A DNA stretch of 64,000 bases, taken from positions 4,570-68,569 of the forward strand of contig CALKWT010000185.1 in assembly GCA_938003885.1 (NCBI GenBank), written 5' to 3'. Within the stretch, counting starts at the first letter, position 1; the number at the start of each line of letters is the position of its first letter. Shown piece by piece: positions 41,605-52,282 of this stretch. The notes below the pieces were generated by a model that ran no database searches, was not told the origin of the DNA, and worked only from the letters and a program-made list of their open reading frames with translations. This DNA is from an uncultured Balneolaceae bacterium. GTDB taxonomy: Bacteria; Bacteroidota; Rhodothermia; Balneolales; Balneolaceae. The position numbers were made by a program, and so were the translations under genes.

Positions 41605-42981
41605 TCAGATAGTCAATTCTTTCTTCTGGCGGGTGCCGGATTTGCTGGCTCTGGTTCTCTTCAGGATCGCTTCTATTGAATGATCGATCGACTGGTCCGG
41701 GGAGTGATACATCTTTTCATAAGCTGCTCTTAGCTCCTTCATCACCTCCTCTCTGTGATTCATCACCCTTTTTACCTGGTGGATGAATTCTTCTTTCGTA
41801 CTGCTGCCTAAGACCAGGCCGTGATACCTGTAATTTAAAACGGGATCCCCTTTTTTGTTGCGGAGTTTATTCAGCTCGTCGTACTTATGAATGCCTCGCA
41901 GGTCCAGCAATTCAATGGTTGGAATGTCTAAGGCAATCAGATCGACAGCCACCCCCGAATAGTAGCTGACTGCAAACAGACAGTGCCTGCCGATTGTAAA
42001 GGGGTGTGCATTTGAAAACATCCACTTTTTCCCATACTCTTTCTCGCCCAGGATCTCGCTGTAATAAGATTGCTTGATCTCTTTGGGATGGAGTTTGACG
42101 ACGATCTTCACATTCAGGAGGTCATAGGCCACATGCTTAATGGTACAAATACTTTTCTTGATTCGTTCCAGTGACTGTAAGGGGGTATCGCCGGGCCTGG
42201 AGATAAGGAAAATGTAGTCGTCATCGAAAAGGGCCCCTCCTTTTTTTTGTTCACTTTTCGACTGGAGGAAATAATGAATATAGGCGGGATCATGACGCTG
42301 AACACCCGTCACAATTAAGTTTTGACGAGGCACGCCAAAACGTTGGACATAGCTATCTTTTTCATGATCAGCATTCAGGAAGGCAATTGTTTTCTTCCGG
42401 TCAGCCGGAAGGGAATCCTCATCATAGTTCTTCTGGCTAACGATGAATCTGGGCTTCAGGCCATGATTGATGGAAAACTTGGGCACATGTGACAAACGGG
42501 AGAGTATGTGGTGATTGTATTTCTTGGAATGTTCATAAACATCATAGAATACAGCGTCGAACTTTTTGAAGAATGAGTTCTGATCTTTCACTCTGAACTC
42601 TTTCTGCTTGTTCCTCATAAAAGTGGACTGTACATGATTTGCGAGGGTTTTAGGCAGATATGTGAGTGATCTGCGACTGGCACGATATTTAACGTGCAGT
42701 GCATTGTCGATCTCCTTTGCTTTATCGATCGTTTTACAGCTGTACAGTACACCTCGTGTCAAATCCTGTATGATGAATGAGTCTATGACCGGTTCTACAA
42801 GCTTGACGACAGTCGTACTCGTGTCGAGCTGGGAGGCAATTTGTTTCCTGGGGAAAAGTGTGGAGATAGAAGCTGAAGGGTATTCTTGCCGTAATTTCAG
42901 TAGAACAGGCGACCAGGCGTCCATCAAACCTATTGACGGGGAACAGATAAAGAGAATATTTAATAGATTTTTGTCTTCCAT
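41605..42981 (-). CDS. Hypothetical GT-B-fold-like protein (surface-glycan transferase-like)
   Basis: 458-aa intact ORF with IVVKLHPKE and AVSYYSGVAVDLIALDIPTI, resembling C-terminal motifs of CDP-glycerophosphotransferase/sialyltransferase-like enzymes. Confidence 0.55.
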   Translation of the reverse strand: MEDKNLLNILFICSPSIGLMDAWSPVLLKLRQEYPSASISTLFPRKQIASQLDTSTTVVKLVEPVIDSFIIQDLTRGVLYSCKTIDKAKEIDNALHVKYRASRRSLTYLPKTLANHVQSTFMRNKQKEFRVKDQNSFFKKFDAVFYDVYEHSKKYNHHILSRLSHVPKFSINHGLKPRFIVSQKNYDEDSLPADRKKTIAFLNADHEKDSYVQRFGVPRQNLIVTGVQRHDPAYIHYFLQSKSEQKKGGALFDDDYIFLISRPGDTPLQSLERIKKSICTIKHVAYDLLNVKIVVKLHPKEIKQSYYSEILGEKEYGKKWMFSNAHPFTIGRHCLFAVSYYSGVAVDLIALDIPTIELLDLRGIHKYDELNKLRNKKGDPVLNYRYHGLVLGSSTKEEFIHQVKRVMNHREEVMKELRAAYEKMYHSPDQSIDHSIEAILKRTRASKSGTRQKKELTI

Positions 42982-43241
42982 AAGAACCAGGTTAGTTTAG
43001 TTGGGGGCCACGTAGGTATTATCCCTTTATCAGATATGACTTTATATGAAATTGATAAAGCCTTGTTAATACGGCATTCCGCATGTAACTCCAGTCTATA
43101 TATAAATATGGCATTACTTTATCAAGTCATTTTTTTTAATAAATGAAAGGGATGCAAAACCATCTTTTTCTGCATGTTTGTAGCGGCTGAGCACGATAAA
43201 CCGTAACTTACAGGCTGACCATCAATTGAACCCATGTAAGA

Positions 43242-43484
43242 ATGTATACAGCAAAAATTAACATCACTCTCCGAAAATCTATTCTTGATCCGCAGGGTAA
43301 AGCTGCCCATCAGGCGTTACAGGATTTGGGAATGACCGATATAGAAAGTACCCGGATAGGGAAGTTTGTTGAATTGGAAATAGAGGCTTCCGATAAAGAG
43401 AGTGCCTTTAAAAAAGCGGACGAAGCGTGTAAAAAGCTTCTGGTCAACGAAGTGATGGAGGATTATCAAATCCATATTGAATAG
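43242..43484 (+). CDS. purS: Phosphoribosylformylglycinamidine synthase subunit PurS
   Basis: ILDPQGKA, RIGKFVEL, KLLVNEVMEDY. Confidence 0.95.
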   Translation: MYTAKINITLRKSILDPQGKAAHQALQDLGMTDIESTRIGKFVELEIEASDKESAFKKADEACKKLLVNEVMEDYQIHIE

Positions 43485-43830
43485 TATCGTGAGACAGGCA
43501 GAGCTTTTTCCATATGTAACTTCCGATCTCCCAGGTGAGCAATCACCGGCAAAGGATAAAAGTCTGCTCGTTGCTGAAAAAGAGAGCAGGGATGAGGAGA
43601 TAGACAAACCATGGAAACTGATACTGTATGACGATGACATACACACATTTGAAGAAGTTATCCAACAATTACAAAAAGCCCTTGGATGCAGTCTGAGTAA
43701 GGCGCAAAATCTCACGATGAAAGTGCACAATGAGGGTAAGGCAGTTGTTTATGAAGGGGCGTTTGAAGAGTGTCTCCGAATTAATGCGATTCTGCAGGAA
43801 ATACAACTAATTACAGAAATAAAAGGATAG
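43477..43830 (+). CDS. clpS: ClpS-like N-degron adaptor
   Basis: [15 protein letters not shown] and VHNEGKAVV. Start uncertain (TTG 43477 or GTG 43489). Confidence 0.85.
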   Translation: MNSIVRQAELFPYVTSDLPGEQSPAKDKSLLVAEKESRDEEIDKPWKLILYDDDIHTFEEVIQQLQKALGCSLSKAQNLTMKVHNEGKAVVYEGAFEECLRINAILQEIQLITEIKG

Positions 43831-43837
43831 ATATACC

Positions 43838-44539
43838 ATGTCTAAAAAAATTGGAGTGATTGTTTTCCCCGGTTCTAACTGCGATCACGATACCTACCAC
43901 GCTATGAAACATGTAATGAATGCAGACACAAAGTTTCTATGGCATAAAGAAGAAGAGATCGATGATATCGATCTGATTCTGGTTCCTGGCGGGTTCTCCT
44001 ACGGAGATTATTTGAGATCCGGTGCAATAGCTCGTTTTTCTCCTGTCATGAAAGCTGTAAAAGAGTTTGCCGGGCAGGGCCGGCCGGTTCTGGGAATCTG
44101 TAATGGGTTTCAGATTTTACTCGAAGCGGGCCTTCTTCCCGGAGCGACTCTGCATAACAAGAACCTAAGGTACATCTGCAAGGACGTATACATACGTGTT
44201 GAAAATAACAGCTCCCTGTTTACATCGGGACTGAGTCAAGGAACGGTTCTGAAGATGCCTGTATCCCACGGCGAAGGCAACTACTATATCGATGATGAAG
44301 GTCTCCGTTCGCTTGAAGAAAACAATCAGATTGCATTCCGGTACTCCGACGCAGAAGGGAATATTACGGATGAAGCCAACTTTAACGGATCTTTATCCTC
44401 CATCGCGGGGGTTACCAATGTCGACGGGAATGTTCTGGGAATGATGCCTCACCCGGAACGGGCCATGGAAGAGCTGCTTGGTTCTACAGACGGCGCCCTT
44501 TTCTTTGAATCTATATTAAATGAGCTGAGTGTCGCCTGA
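43838..44539 (+). CDS. purQ: Phosphoribosylformylglycinamidine synthase subunit PurQ
   Basis: [29 protein letters not shown] and MMPHPER. Confidence 0.97.
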   Translation: MSKKIGVIVFPGSNCDHDTYHAMKHVMNADTKFLWHKEEEIDDIDLILVPGGFSYGDYLRSGAIARFSPVMKAVKEFAGQGRPVLGICNGFQILLEAGLLPGATLHNKNLRYICKDVYIRVENNSSLFTSGLSQGTVLKMPVSHGEGNYYIDDEGLRSLEENNQIAFRYSDAEGNITDEANFNGSLSSIAGVTNVDGNVLGMMPHPERAMEELLGSTDGALFFESILNELSVA

Positions 44540-45574
44540 ATGATTGATTTCGATCTTCTTTCAAAAATTGTCACGGTACCGGGAGCACCCGGTCACGAAA
44601 CGCCAGTCCGGAATCTGCTCACCCCCATGCTGGAGGAGGTGTGTGATGAGGTTTATACAGATGGCATAGGCAACTTGATTGCAAGAAAGAAAGGATCCGG
44701 GCCCCGGGTCATGCTTGCTGCTCATATGGATGAGATCTCCCTGATTGTGACGCATATTGATGCCAGCGGATTTATTCGATTCTCAACGTTGGGGGGCTTT
44801 GATCCGGCAACCCTGGTCTCTCAGCGGGTGATGGTGCATGGACGTGAAGAGCTACCAGGTGTGATTGGCACGAAACCGGTTCACATTCAGTCGGATAGTG
44901 AAAAAAAGTCCGCAATAAAGTTGGAGAATCTCTTCATCGATGTAGGACTGCCGGAGAAGAAGGTAAAAGAGCAGGTTAGTCCCGGAACCGTTATCACCCG
45001 AGACAGGGAGATGATCAGGATGGGTGATTTTGTAACTGCCAAGTCGCTGGATAACAGAATCTCTGTATATATCCTTCTGGAGGCGTTGAAGCGACAGCAA
45101 GGGGAGAGTGCAGACCTCTATGCTGTATTTACAACACAGGAAGAGGTGGGCCTTCGTGGCGCCCGGGTGGCCGCTCAGGCTATACAGCCTGAGATTGGAA
45201 TCAATCTGGATGTCACCCTTGCCAATGACCTCCCCGGAGTCAGTGAGCAGGATTACTGCACAAAAGCGGGAGAAGGAATTGCTATAAAAATTATGGACAA
45301 GAGTATTATCTGCACTCCTTCGCTTACGCAGTTTCTTATGGATTTGGCTGAACAGAATAACATTCCATATCAGAGAGAAGTCCTGACGGCGGGAGGAACG
45401 GACACGTCCGCTATGCAGTATCTGATGGGAATCGGCAGTCATGTGACCTCCATCTCCTGCCCTGCACGATATATTCACAGTACGGCTGAAACATGTGCAA
45501 TCAGTGACGTTGAAGCGGGAATCCGCCTGACCACTGAAGTGATGAGCTCCCTTAAAAACTACTCCTTCCAATGA
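44540..45574 (+). CDS. M42 family aminopeptidase
   Basis: [26 protein letters not shown] and RYIHS. Confidence 0.93.
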   Translation: MIDFDLLSKIVTVPGAPGHETPVRNLLTPMLEEVCDEVYTDGIGNLIARKKGSGPRVMLAAHMDEISLIVTHIDASGFIRFSTLGGFDPATLVSQRVMVHGREELPGVIGTKPVHIQSDSEKKSAIKLENLFIDVGLPEKKVKEQVSPGTVITRDREMIRMGDFVTAKSLDNRISVYILLEALKRQQGESADLYAVFTTQEEVGLRGARVAAQAIQPEIGINLDVTLANDLPGVSEQDYCTKAGEGIAIKIMDKSIICTPSLTQFLMDLAEQNNIPYQREVLTAGGTDTSAMQYLMGIGSHVTSISCPARYIHSTAETCAISDVEAGIRLTTEVMSSLKNYSFQ

Positions 45575-46329
45575 ATTTTCATCCTGATGAATCCATAACT
45601 CTGGAAAGCAGGAATCTGGTTAAAAGATACCGGAAAAGAGTGGTGGTAAATCAGGTTTCGATTCGTGTAAATCAGGGCGAGATTGTCGGTTTGCTTGGAC
45701 CAAACGGCGCAGGGAAAACCACAACATTCTATATGTTTACAGGGATCGTTCGCCCTAACAAAGGGAAGGTCTATCTGAACAATGAAGATATTACAAGGAA
45801 ACCGATGTACCAGAGAGCCAGAATGGGGATTGGCTATCTGTCGCAGGAACCCAGCGTATTTCGTAATCTGACCGTCCGTCAAAATCTGGAATCGATCCTG
45901 GAGTTTCTCTCTTTGAAAAAATCTGAAATCAGGGAGCGTGCTGATCGTCTTATTGAGGAGTTTGGCCTGCAGAAAGTTGCCAATAACAAGGGGCACAGCC
46001 TTTCCGGGGGTGAGAGAAGGCGGACTGAAATCGCAAGGGCCCTTGTTACAGATCCAAAGTTTATTCTGTTGGATGAGCCCTTTGCAGGGGTGGATCCGAT
46101 AGCGGTAGAGGATATACAGCAGATCGTTGCAGATCTGAAAAAAAGAAATATCGGCATATTCATCACCGATCATAATGTTCATGAGACACTTGCCATTACA
46201 GATCGGGCTTATTTGATGTTTGAGGGAAAAATCCTGAGAGAAGGAACAGCCGAGCAACTTGCCGAAGATGAAGAAGCCAAAAAGCTTTATCTTGGAAGAC
46301 AATTCAGACTGGATCGCTACAGTAACTGA
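45571..46329 (+). CDS. lptB: LPS export ABC transporter ATP-binding protein
   Basis: [32 protein letters not shown] and TDHNV. Confidence 0.96.
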   Translation: MNFHPDESITLESRNLVKRYRKRVVVNQVSIRVNQGEIVGLLGPNGAGKTTTFYMFTGIVRPNKGKVYLNNEDITRKPMYQRARMGIGYLSQEPSVFRNLTVRQNLESILEFLSLKKSEIRERADRLIEEFGLQKVANNKGHSLSGGERRRTEIARALVTDPKFILLDEPFAGVDPIAVEDIQQIVADLKKRNIGIFITDHNVHETLAITDRAYLMFEGKILREGTAEQLAEDEEAKKLYLGRQFRLDRYSN

Positions 46330-46398
46330 CGATCTGTTTAACGGATGTTCACATCTTTACTACAGATGATCAAACCTTTAAACTTTTGACAGAGACTT

Positions 46399-46719
46399 AT
46401 GGATATAATTACGGCAGAAGAACTCAACAGACGACTTGAAGCAGGCGAAGATCTGCGACTTCTGGATGTAAGGGAATCGTTCGAAGCCAACATCTCGGAC
46501 TTCACAATGGAAACGCTCTCCATTCCTGTAGCATCCCTTGATGAACAGCTGCACAAGCTGGATAAAGAGAAGGAGTATATTGTTTACTGTCGTAGTGGAA
46601 ATACCAGCAAGAAAGCTGTAGAACTACTTCTGGAGAACGGTTTTGAACGTGTTAAAAATCTGGAAGGCGGGATCAATGGCTGGGCCCAAAAGTTTGACCC
46701 TTCGCTACCCCAGTATTAG
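46399..46719 (+). CDS. Rhodanese-like domain protein
   Basis: LLDVRE, VYCRSG and NLEGGINGW. Confidence 0.9.
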   Translation: MDIITAEELNRRLEAGEDLRLLDVRESFEANISDFTMETLSIPVASLDEQLHKLDKEKEYIVYCRSGNTSKKAVELLLENGFERVKNLEGGINGWAQKFDPSLPQY

Positions 46720-46838
46720 TAGCCGGCAGGGGTTGATGCAATGATGGGGGTGCAGGATAACCGACACTGCACCCATCATATCAGGTCTTCTGGGATAAGA
46801 GGCAGCCTGCAGTTTACATCAGATCTCAAGCAGTCGTA

Positions 46839-48056
46839 TCAGTTGATGGCTGCAATCTGAGAAAAAAGCTCTTCGTTACTTTCTGTTCTCCGAATCACCT
46901 GTAGAAGCATCTGCAGGGACTCTTTCGGGTTCTTTTTCAACAGAAAGCGACGCACCATATTTCTCTCTTCCAGTGAATCTGTGATAAACTTGTCTTCATT
47001 CCGTGTACCGGATGCGCCGATGTTAATTGCAGGGAACATTCGCGCATTGGCAATCTCCCTGTCTAAAACCAGTTCCATATTCCCCGTACCCTTGAACTCT
47101 TCAAAAATAAGGTCATCCATTCTCGAGTTGGTTTCAATAAGGCAGGTTGCAATAATTGTCAGCGATCCGCCACCTTCTATCTTACGGGCGGAACCGAAGA
47201 TTTTTTTTGGAATTTCAAGGGCACGAATGTCCAGACCGCCGGACAAGGTTCTGCCGCTATTGGTCTGAACAGCATTGTATGAGCGGCCCAGGCGGGTCAA
47301 TGAGTCGATCAGTAAAACGGCATGCTCTCCATATTCCGCCTTACGTTTTACATAGCCCAAGGCCATCTCAGAAATTCTCACATGACTTTCTGTAGGGCGG
47401 TCATTCGAAGAAGCAAATACTTCGGCATTGGTCGTTCTCAGGAAATCGGTAACCTCTTCCGGCCTTTCATCTACCAGGAGAATTCCGGTGTGGATATCGG
47501 GGTAATTTTCTGTGAGGCTCTGTGCGATTTTCTTGAGTAAAACAGTTTTACCAGTCCGCGGAGGTGCTACGATCAGAGCTCGCTGTCCGCGGCCAATGGG
47601 GGCAATAAGATCCATTACACGCAGTTCGATATCCTCGGGCTTGTTGCCGAGTTTAATATATTCATTCGGCATAATAGGGGTCTGAAGCTCAAACCGGTTG
47701 ATTTTTTGCCACTCTTCAGGTACCCTGCCATTCACCTTTTCAATAGAATAGACATGTCTGTTACCACTTTGATCCTCCTCAAACTCGCCTTCCAGGATCA
47801 GACCGGTTCGGAGATCGTGAAATTTGACTTCGTCAGGCCTTAGAAAAGGATCTCTCGGGTGGTAGCTGAACTCGAAATTCAGTTTCCGTATAAATCCATA
47901 TCCTTTCTCGTTAATTTCGAGAATCCCGTTGTACCTTCCGCCAATTCTGGTCTGTTGATTTTGATGAAACTGTGGAGCGTAAGCAGCTTGTTTCTTCGAC
48001 TTATGACCTGATTGTTTTTTTTTGTTACGCCCTTTATTTTTGCGTGAACGTGCCAT
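46839..48056 (-). CDS. rho: Transcription termination factor Rho (short, divergent form)
   Basis: GYGFIR, PIGRGQR, PPRTGKT, DERPEEV, DSLTRL, LSGG and FEEFKGTGNME. Confidence 0.92.
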   Translation of the reverse strand: MARSRKNKGRNKKKQSGHKSKKQAAYAPQFHQNQQTRIGGRYNGILEINEKGYGFIRKLNFEFSYHPRDPFLRPDEVKFHDLRTGLILEGEFEEDQSGNRHVYSIEKVNGRVPEEWQKINRFELQTPIMPNEYIKLGNKPEDIELRVMDLIAPIGRGQRALIVAPPRTGKTVLLKKIAQSLTENYPDIHTGILLVDERPEEVTDFLRTTNAEVFASSNDRPTESHVRISEMALGYVKRKAEYGEHAVLLIDSLTRLGRSYNAVQTNSGRTLSGGLDIRALEIPKKIFGSARKIEGGGSLTIIATCLIETNSRMDDLIFEEFKGTGNMELVLDREIANARMFPAINIGASGTRNEDKFITDSLEERNMVRRFLLKKNPKESLQMLLQVIRRTESNEELFSQIAAIN

Positions 48057-48178
48057 GCACTAAAATATGGTTATGATTAACTGAATTATTAAGAATGATT
48101 TAGCAGGTTTCCTGTGTATGCATGCTACAGGAGAGAGCGATCTATAAAAAGAGAGAGACGAGCCGTGTGTTATAAGAA

Positions 48179-48204
48179 CCGGGCGAAATTATTGAATCGC
48201 CCGG
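48179..48204 (-). terminator. Hairpin between the TPR gene and rho; probable terminator
   Basis: CCGGGCGA...TCGCCCGG, followed on the minus strand by TTCTTAT. Confidence 0.5.
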
Positions 48205-48242
48205 CTTAAAATAAAGGGAAGGAAATCAAAATTCAAGTAAGG

Positions 48243-49559
48243 TTATCTTACATGAGTGGTTTCATTGATCCACGAGTAACATTCGTTGATTTCAGATCCA
48301 ATCGTAATGGGGGTTCCTGCCTCCCAGCCCCGAAAGAACTTGTCTTCAGCAGTTGGCAGTACCGGCTGATAGGAGTTGTACTGTCTGCTTACTGTATTTG
48401 CAACAGAACTGTCGTTTGCTCTTGCTCTGTCGAGATAATCGAGGACCAGCCAGTAGACAGTACGGTCGTCTCTATCCAATTGTCTGTTGGCTGTACATTG
48501 GGTAACTGCTGCAGCATATATACCGGCAATACGAATATAGGGCTGCCCCCAGTTTCTATCTATTTCGATGGCACGCCGTGCATATTGACGGGCACCCTGG
48601 AGATTGCCATCATTCTGCAGGAGTTCGGAAATTTCCAGCATCACGCTCTTTTGTACATTGTCATCAGTAGAGAGTTCCAGAGCCTGCTCAAGATAATTGA
48701 GAGCTGAACGGGTCTGTCCGTCTGCTTTTGCATAATCTGCAAGTGTCCTGATATTGGCATAGCTGGGCTCTTCATTATATGCTTTTTCTGCATATTCGAT
48801 CGCCTTGGCCCGATTTCCGGTTTCTCTGTAGAGTTTACCGATTTCATTGATCAGATCGATATCGGAAGGATTTTCTGCAAGTCGGCCCTCAAGGAATTCA
48901 ATACGCTCTTCCGGGTTCGTAAAGAGGCTATCTCTGGTGGCATCGATTACATTGGCCAGGGAGCTGCCGGCGTGGGGCTCCACTTCATCTATCATTGCCA
49001 GGGCTTTGTCGCGCTCATTGTTCTCCATAAAGTGATTCAGCAAAACCTGGATATAGTATCCGTCTCCTGCTTGAATCAAACGTTTGGAATCGATCTCATA
49101 TGCGCTCAAATAGTCTTCAATGGCTTTGTCGGTACCATCGGATATATTGGCCTGGTTCTCCTGATAAAATCGTCCTCGATTGAAGTGCCACTCATAATAG
49201 TCAATACTGTTTTCATCAAACGTTTCAAAAGCATCGTCATAGATGATCAGTGCACTGTCCAGATAGGCGGCTGTCATCGAAGGATCCGATACCTGCTTCG
49301 ATAGTTCAGTATATACCGTAATCATTCTCTCAAACTGCCGGGGCAGGTTAAAACGGTTTACTCCCTGTATGCTTTCTGGTTTTGCTTCAAGCATCCACTT
49401 CCCGTACTGCAGAGCCATTTCATAATCACCTGTACGGTAATTTTCATAAAATATCGAGTATGCATTAATTTCGCTCATACCATATGGCGGCTCACTCTGG
49501 GAGAAAGCTTGTGATCCTGCAATAAAAATAAATGCAAGGGTTAAAAAATACTTTTTCAT
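48243..49559 (-). CDS. Secreted TPR-repeat protein
   Basis: Signal peptide, TPR-like helices, and C-terminal VYW..LDY..RA...D pattern recalled from a conserved Bacteroidota TPR family. Confidence 0.8.
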   Translation of the reverse strand: MKKYFLTLAFIFIAGSQAFSQSEPPYGMSEINAYSIFYENYRTGDYEMALQYGKWMLEAKPESIQGVNRFNLPRQFERMITVYTELSKQVSDPSMTAAYLDSALIIYDDAFETFDENSIDYYEWHFNRGRFYQENQANISDGTDKAIEDYLSAYEIDSKRLIQAGDGYYIQVLLNHFMENNERDKALAMIDEVEPHAGSSLANVIDATRDSLFTNPEERIEFLEGRLAENPSDIDLINEIGKLYRETGNRAKAIEYAEKAYNEEPSYANIRTLADYAKADGQTRSALNYLEQALELSTDDNVQKSVMLEISELLQNDGNLQGARQYARRAIEIDRNWGQPYIRIAGIYAAAVTQCTANRQLDRDDRTVYWLVLDYLDRARANDSSVANTVSRQYNSYQPVLPTAEDKFFRGWEAGTPITIGSEINECYSWINETTHVR

Positions 49560-49607
49560 TATTTTGTTGTTTTGGTTTGGAAAAATCTAAGGTTACTCAT
49601 ACCGGAT

Positions 49608-50927
49608 CTATTGAAAACGTTGTCTGACGAACATAAATTCTGCAAGGTTCAATGAAAGTTTAAACCCCCAAACATTTTCTTTTACTAAATTGGAAGCTTC
49701 AGTTCCCCTCATACCGTAATGGAAGCTCAGGTCAACAGAAGAGACGGATCTGCTGTTGACGATTCCCAGTCCGGCATTAAGGTATAACGTTTCGATATCA
49801 TGACCCCGGATAGTAAGATGACCGGTATCATAGGTTATACCTGCACTATATTTGAAATTTGAAAAGAATCCCTGTTGTTGAGAAGATCTGTAAGGGTGGT
49901 GCTGTAAGCCGGCACCAAACTTCAATCTGTCTTTATAGTATCCTTCCTGATTCTTATCAAAAGTAAAGCTGACCTCATCCCAATTTTGGTAGAGAAGTTC
50001 AGTATTAACGTTTGTCAGATTGGTAAAATTATACGTAAGTCCGGCATTAATTTCCAATGGTAATGTAACATCTCCATGTCGATCTGGAGAATTTTGATTT
50101 AAATGGAGTAAGGTCGGACGCCCGTTGATGTTTTGATAGGTGGTTATTTCGTTTTCCGCATCGATAGTGAGAGGCAGGGTGACACTAAGGCCCATGGCTA
50201 ACTGATCCTGGTCACCGAAGATCCGGTTAGTAAAGGTGTAGATCCCAAAACGGTGCCCTATACTGTTTCCCTGGATTTTACTGATATAGCGGGAAGGTGT
50301 AAATACCGCATCAGAAAACAGGGGCTGTGTCTCATGATTCATGGTAAGGGCGTTTACAGAAAAAGCATACCCGACAGCCAGATGATTAAAGACTCTGTAT
50401 CCTGCGCCGATTTCGAAACGGTTGACACCACCCGATCCGATTGTACTAAATGAATAGTTTACACTGAGATAGGGGTTTACCGGGTATAAAAATAATCCCG
50501 TTTGCTCCCTTCTGAAGTTATTATTTGTCCGAGGGGTGAAAGCTGCCGATATGCCGAGCCGTCCGCGGAGTACCGGGAAGGTAAACTGAAAAGATTCCAG
50601 GCCGAAGATGACATTATTGGCTGATGAGAGCCCATCACTGGCTACAAATTGATCAAGGTTGGCAGAGATGCTTCCCACTGTATAATTAATTAACCCCCAC
50701 TGGGCCGGATTGGCAATATTTGTGGAGTATCCTGAATAGTTGGAAACTCCGCTCAGGCCCATGCCCATCGAAAATGTGGAGTTGATATCGGAAGGGGTGC
50801 CAAACCCCAGCCCGGAATAGAACGAGCCGGTGCGGGCTTCATCCTGAGCGAAACCTGCGGACTGAAAGGCTGTTGTCAAAATTGTCAGGAGTGAAACTAT
50901 CTGAATGAATTTTTTCATATGGGTCAT
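49608..50927 (-). CDS. Outer-membrane beta-barrel (FadL-like) protein
   Basis: Signal peptide, SFYSGLGFG, MGMGLSG, NPA, many beta-strands and C-terminal F..RRFQ-like end. ATGA overlap with the upstream gene. Confidence 0.78.
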   Translation of the reverse strand: MTHMKKFIQIVSLLTILTTAFQSAGFAQDEARTGSFYSGLGFGTPSDINSTFSMGMGLSGVSNYSGYSTNIANPAQWGLINYTVGSISANLDQFVASDGLSSANNVIFGLESFQFTFPVLRGRLGISAAFTPRTNNNFRREQTGLFLYPVNPYLSVNYSFSTIGSGGVNRFEIGAGYRVFNHLAVGYAFSVNALTMNHETQPLFSDAVFTPSRYISKIQGNSIGHRFGIYTFTNRIFGDQDQLAMGLSVTLPLTIDAENEITTYQNINGRPTLLHLNQNSPDRHGDVTLPLEINAGLTYNFTNLTNVNTELLYQNWDEVSFTFDKNQEGYYKDRLKFGAGLQHHPYRSSQQQGFFSNFKYSAGITYDTGHLTIRGHDIETLYLNAGLGIVNSRSVSSVDLSFHYGMRGTEASNLVKENVWGFKLSLNLAEFMFVRQRFQ

Positions 50928-52282
50928 TCAACCGTTGTAATAATGATTTTCGGCTTTCTTTCAGGGTCGGTCAGGTGGTAAAAATGGTTGGCATAAAAGA
51001 GGCCATTTACATCCTGGAGGGTAATATAGAGTTCCTGTGTATTCTCCTCACCAAAAACCTGGTTCAGCGTAAATTCTGTAATATCCATACTGAAGAGATC
51101 CTCATCTTCTTCAGCTACGGCCTGGTATCTCGGATTAGAGGTAAATATTCTTGCCATAATATCTTCAGGCTCTTCAGGAAATATATGAGCACGAATCGCT
51201 GTAGATGTCAGTCTGGAAATGTGTGACGCCGCTTTTTCGGGCTCCCTGTTTTTATAGAGCAGCAGTTGAGCATTCACGATGTTTTTGGACGACAAGTCTA
51301 CATCCGGTTGAGAAAAGTCGGGATTTACACGCAGGACATGACTCGTATTATAGAGGACAAGGTGGTCGTCCGTTTCCGGAGAGCCACTTTTTTCTACTGA
51401 TGCAGCCCAGTCACGGAAATAGATGGTAGGTTCCGTCTCCTCCTCCTCGTCTTCCTCTTCTGAATCGCTATTTTCTCCGTTTTCTTCATCCTGTGCGGGC
51501 GAGCGTACGATGAGGGAGGTGATCACTTCCTCGGATGACTGCTGCTGGTTCTTTAAGAACCTCATACTCGTTGTTCCTTCTGCCGGTACGATGGCGAGTC
51601 CCGGAAAATTCTGCCGGTAAAGGGAGTCTGATTCCGCTTCGGAGCTATTAAAATATTCGGCAAATTTCAGTTTCCAGCTCTCGTTAAGCTCTACCATCGC
51701 CGTTGTGTCGCTTGCTGCTACAGAAATGGTGGCGATCCTGTTGGAGTAGTTTACATCCACAGTTTCATTGTAGCGCAGCTGGGAACCTCTCCATATCTCC
51801 CCGGCCTCATAGATATCAAAAACGGATACAGAGGAGTCGTCACCGTAAACCCTTGCATCAAATATGAGCTGAAGCAGGAGGGTATCCTCCCCGGTGAGTG
51901 TATCCACCGTCGAAGAGGAGAGAGAAGGCTTCAGAAGAGCTGTTGATTTCATGCTTCCATATACCGGGTCATCCACCGCACCCAGTGATGTAAAGCGCAG
52001 ACTGCCGGAATAAGCTTCCGAATGAATCAGTGCGAGATCATCCAGATCGATCTGAATCGTATGAATCAGATCTTCATCAGGGAGAATCTCGCCCCCAACC
52101 GATCCGGACGTATCACAACCGCTCAGAAAAAGCAGCGGAAGAATGATGAATAATGTAAGAAGTGTTGCACCCCCCGGGGTTGCTGAAATCGGTGTGCTGG
52201 ATTTTATAGGTTCTATCCGAACAGGATTATTCGGTTTCCCCGAGAATTTCCCGATAGTAATTTGCAAATTTCTTCGATACAT
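50924..52282 (-). CDS. DUF4270-like lipoprotein
   Basis: Lipobox LSGC, LGAVDDPVYG and an acidic linker; adjacent to the short glgA-like gene as in Bacteroidota. True start uncertain. Confidence 0.7.
   Translation of the reverse strand: MYRRNLQITIGKFSGKPNNPVRIEPIKSSTPISATPGGATLLTLFIILPLLFLSGCDTSGSVGGEILPDEDLIHTIQIDLDDLALIHSEAYSGSLRFTSLGAVDDPVYGSMKSTALLKPSLSSSTVDTLTGEDTLLLQLIFDARVYGDDSSVSVFDIYEAGEIWRGSQLRYNETVDVNYSNRIATISVAASDTTAMVELNESWKLKFAEYFNSSEAESDSLYRQNFPGLAIVPAEGTTSMRFLKNQQQSSEEVITSLIVRSPAQDEENGENSDSEEEDEEEETEPTIYFRDWAASVEKSGSPETDDHLVLYNTSHVLRVNPDFSQPDVDLSSKNIVNAQLLLYKNREPEKAASHISRLTSTAIRAHIFPEEPEDIMARIFTSNPRYQAVAEEDEDLFSMDITEFTLNQVFGEENTQELYITLQDVNGLFYANHFYHLTDPERKPKIIITTVE

Noticed and set aside
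51430-51495. Purine/pyrimidine low-complexity tract (TCC/TCT repeats)
   Set aside because: It simply encodes the acidic linker of the DUF4270 lipoprotein.
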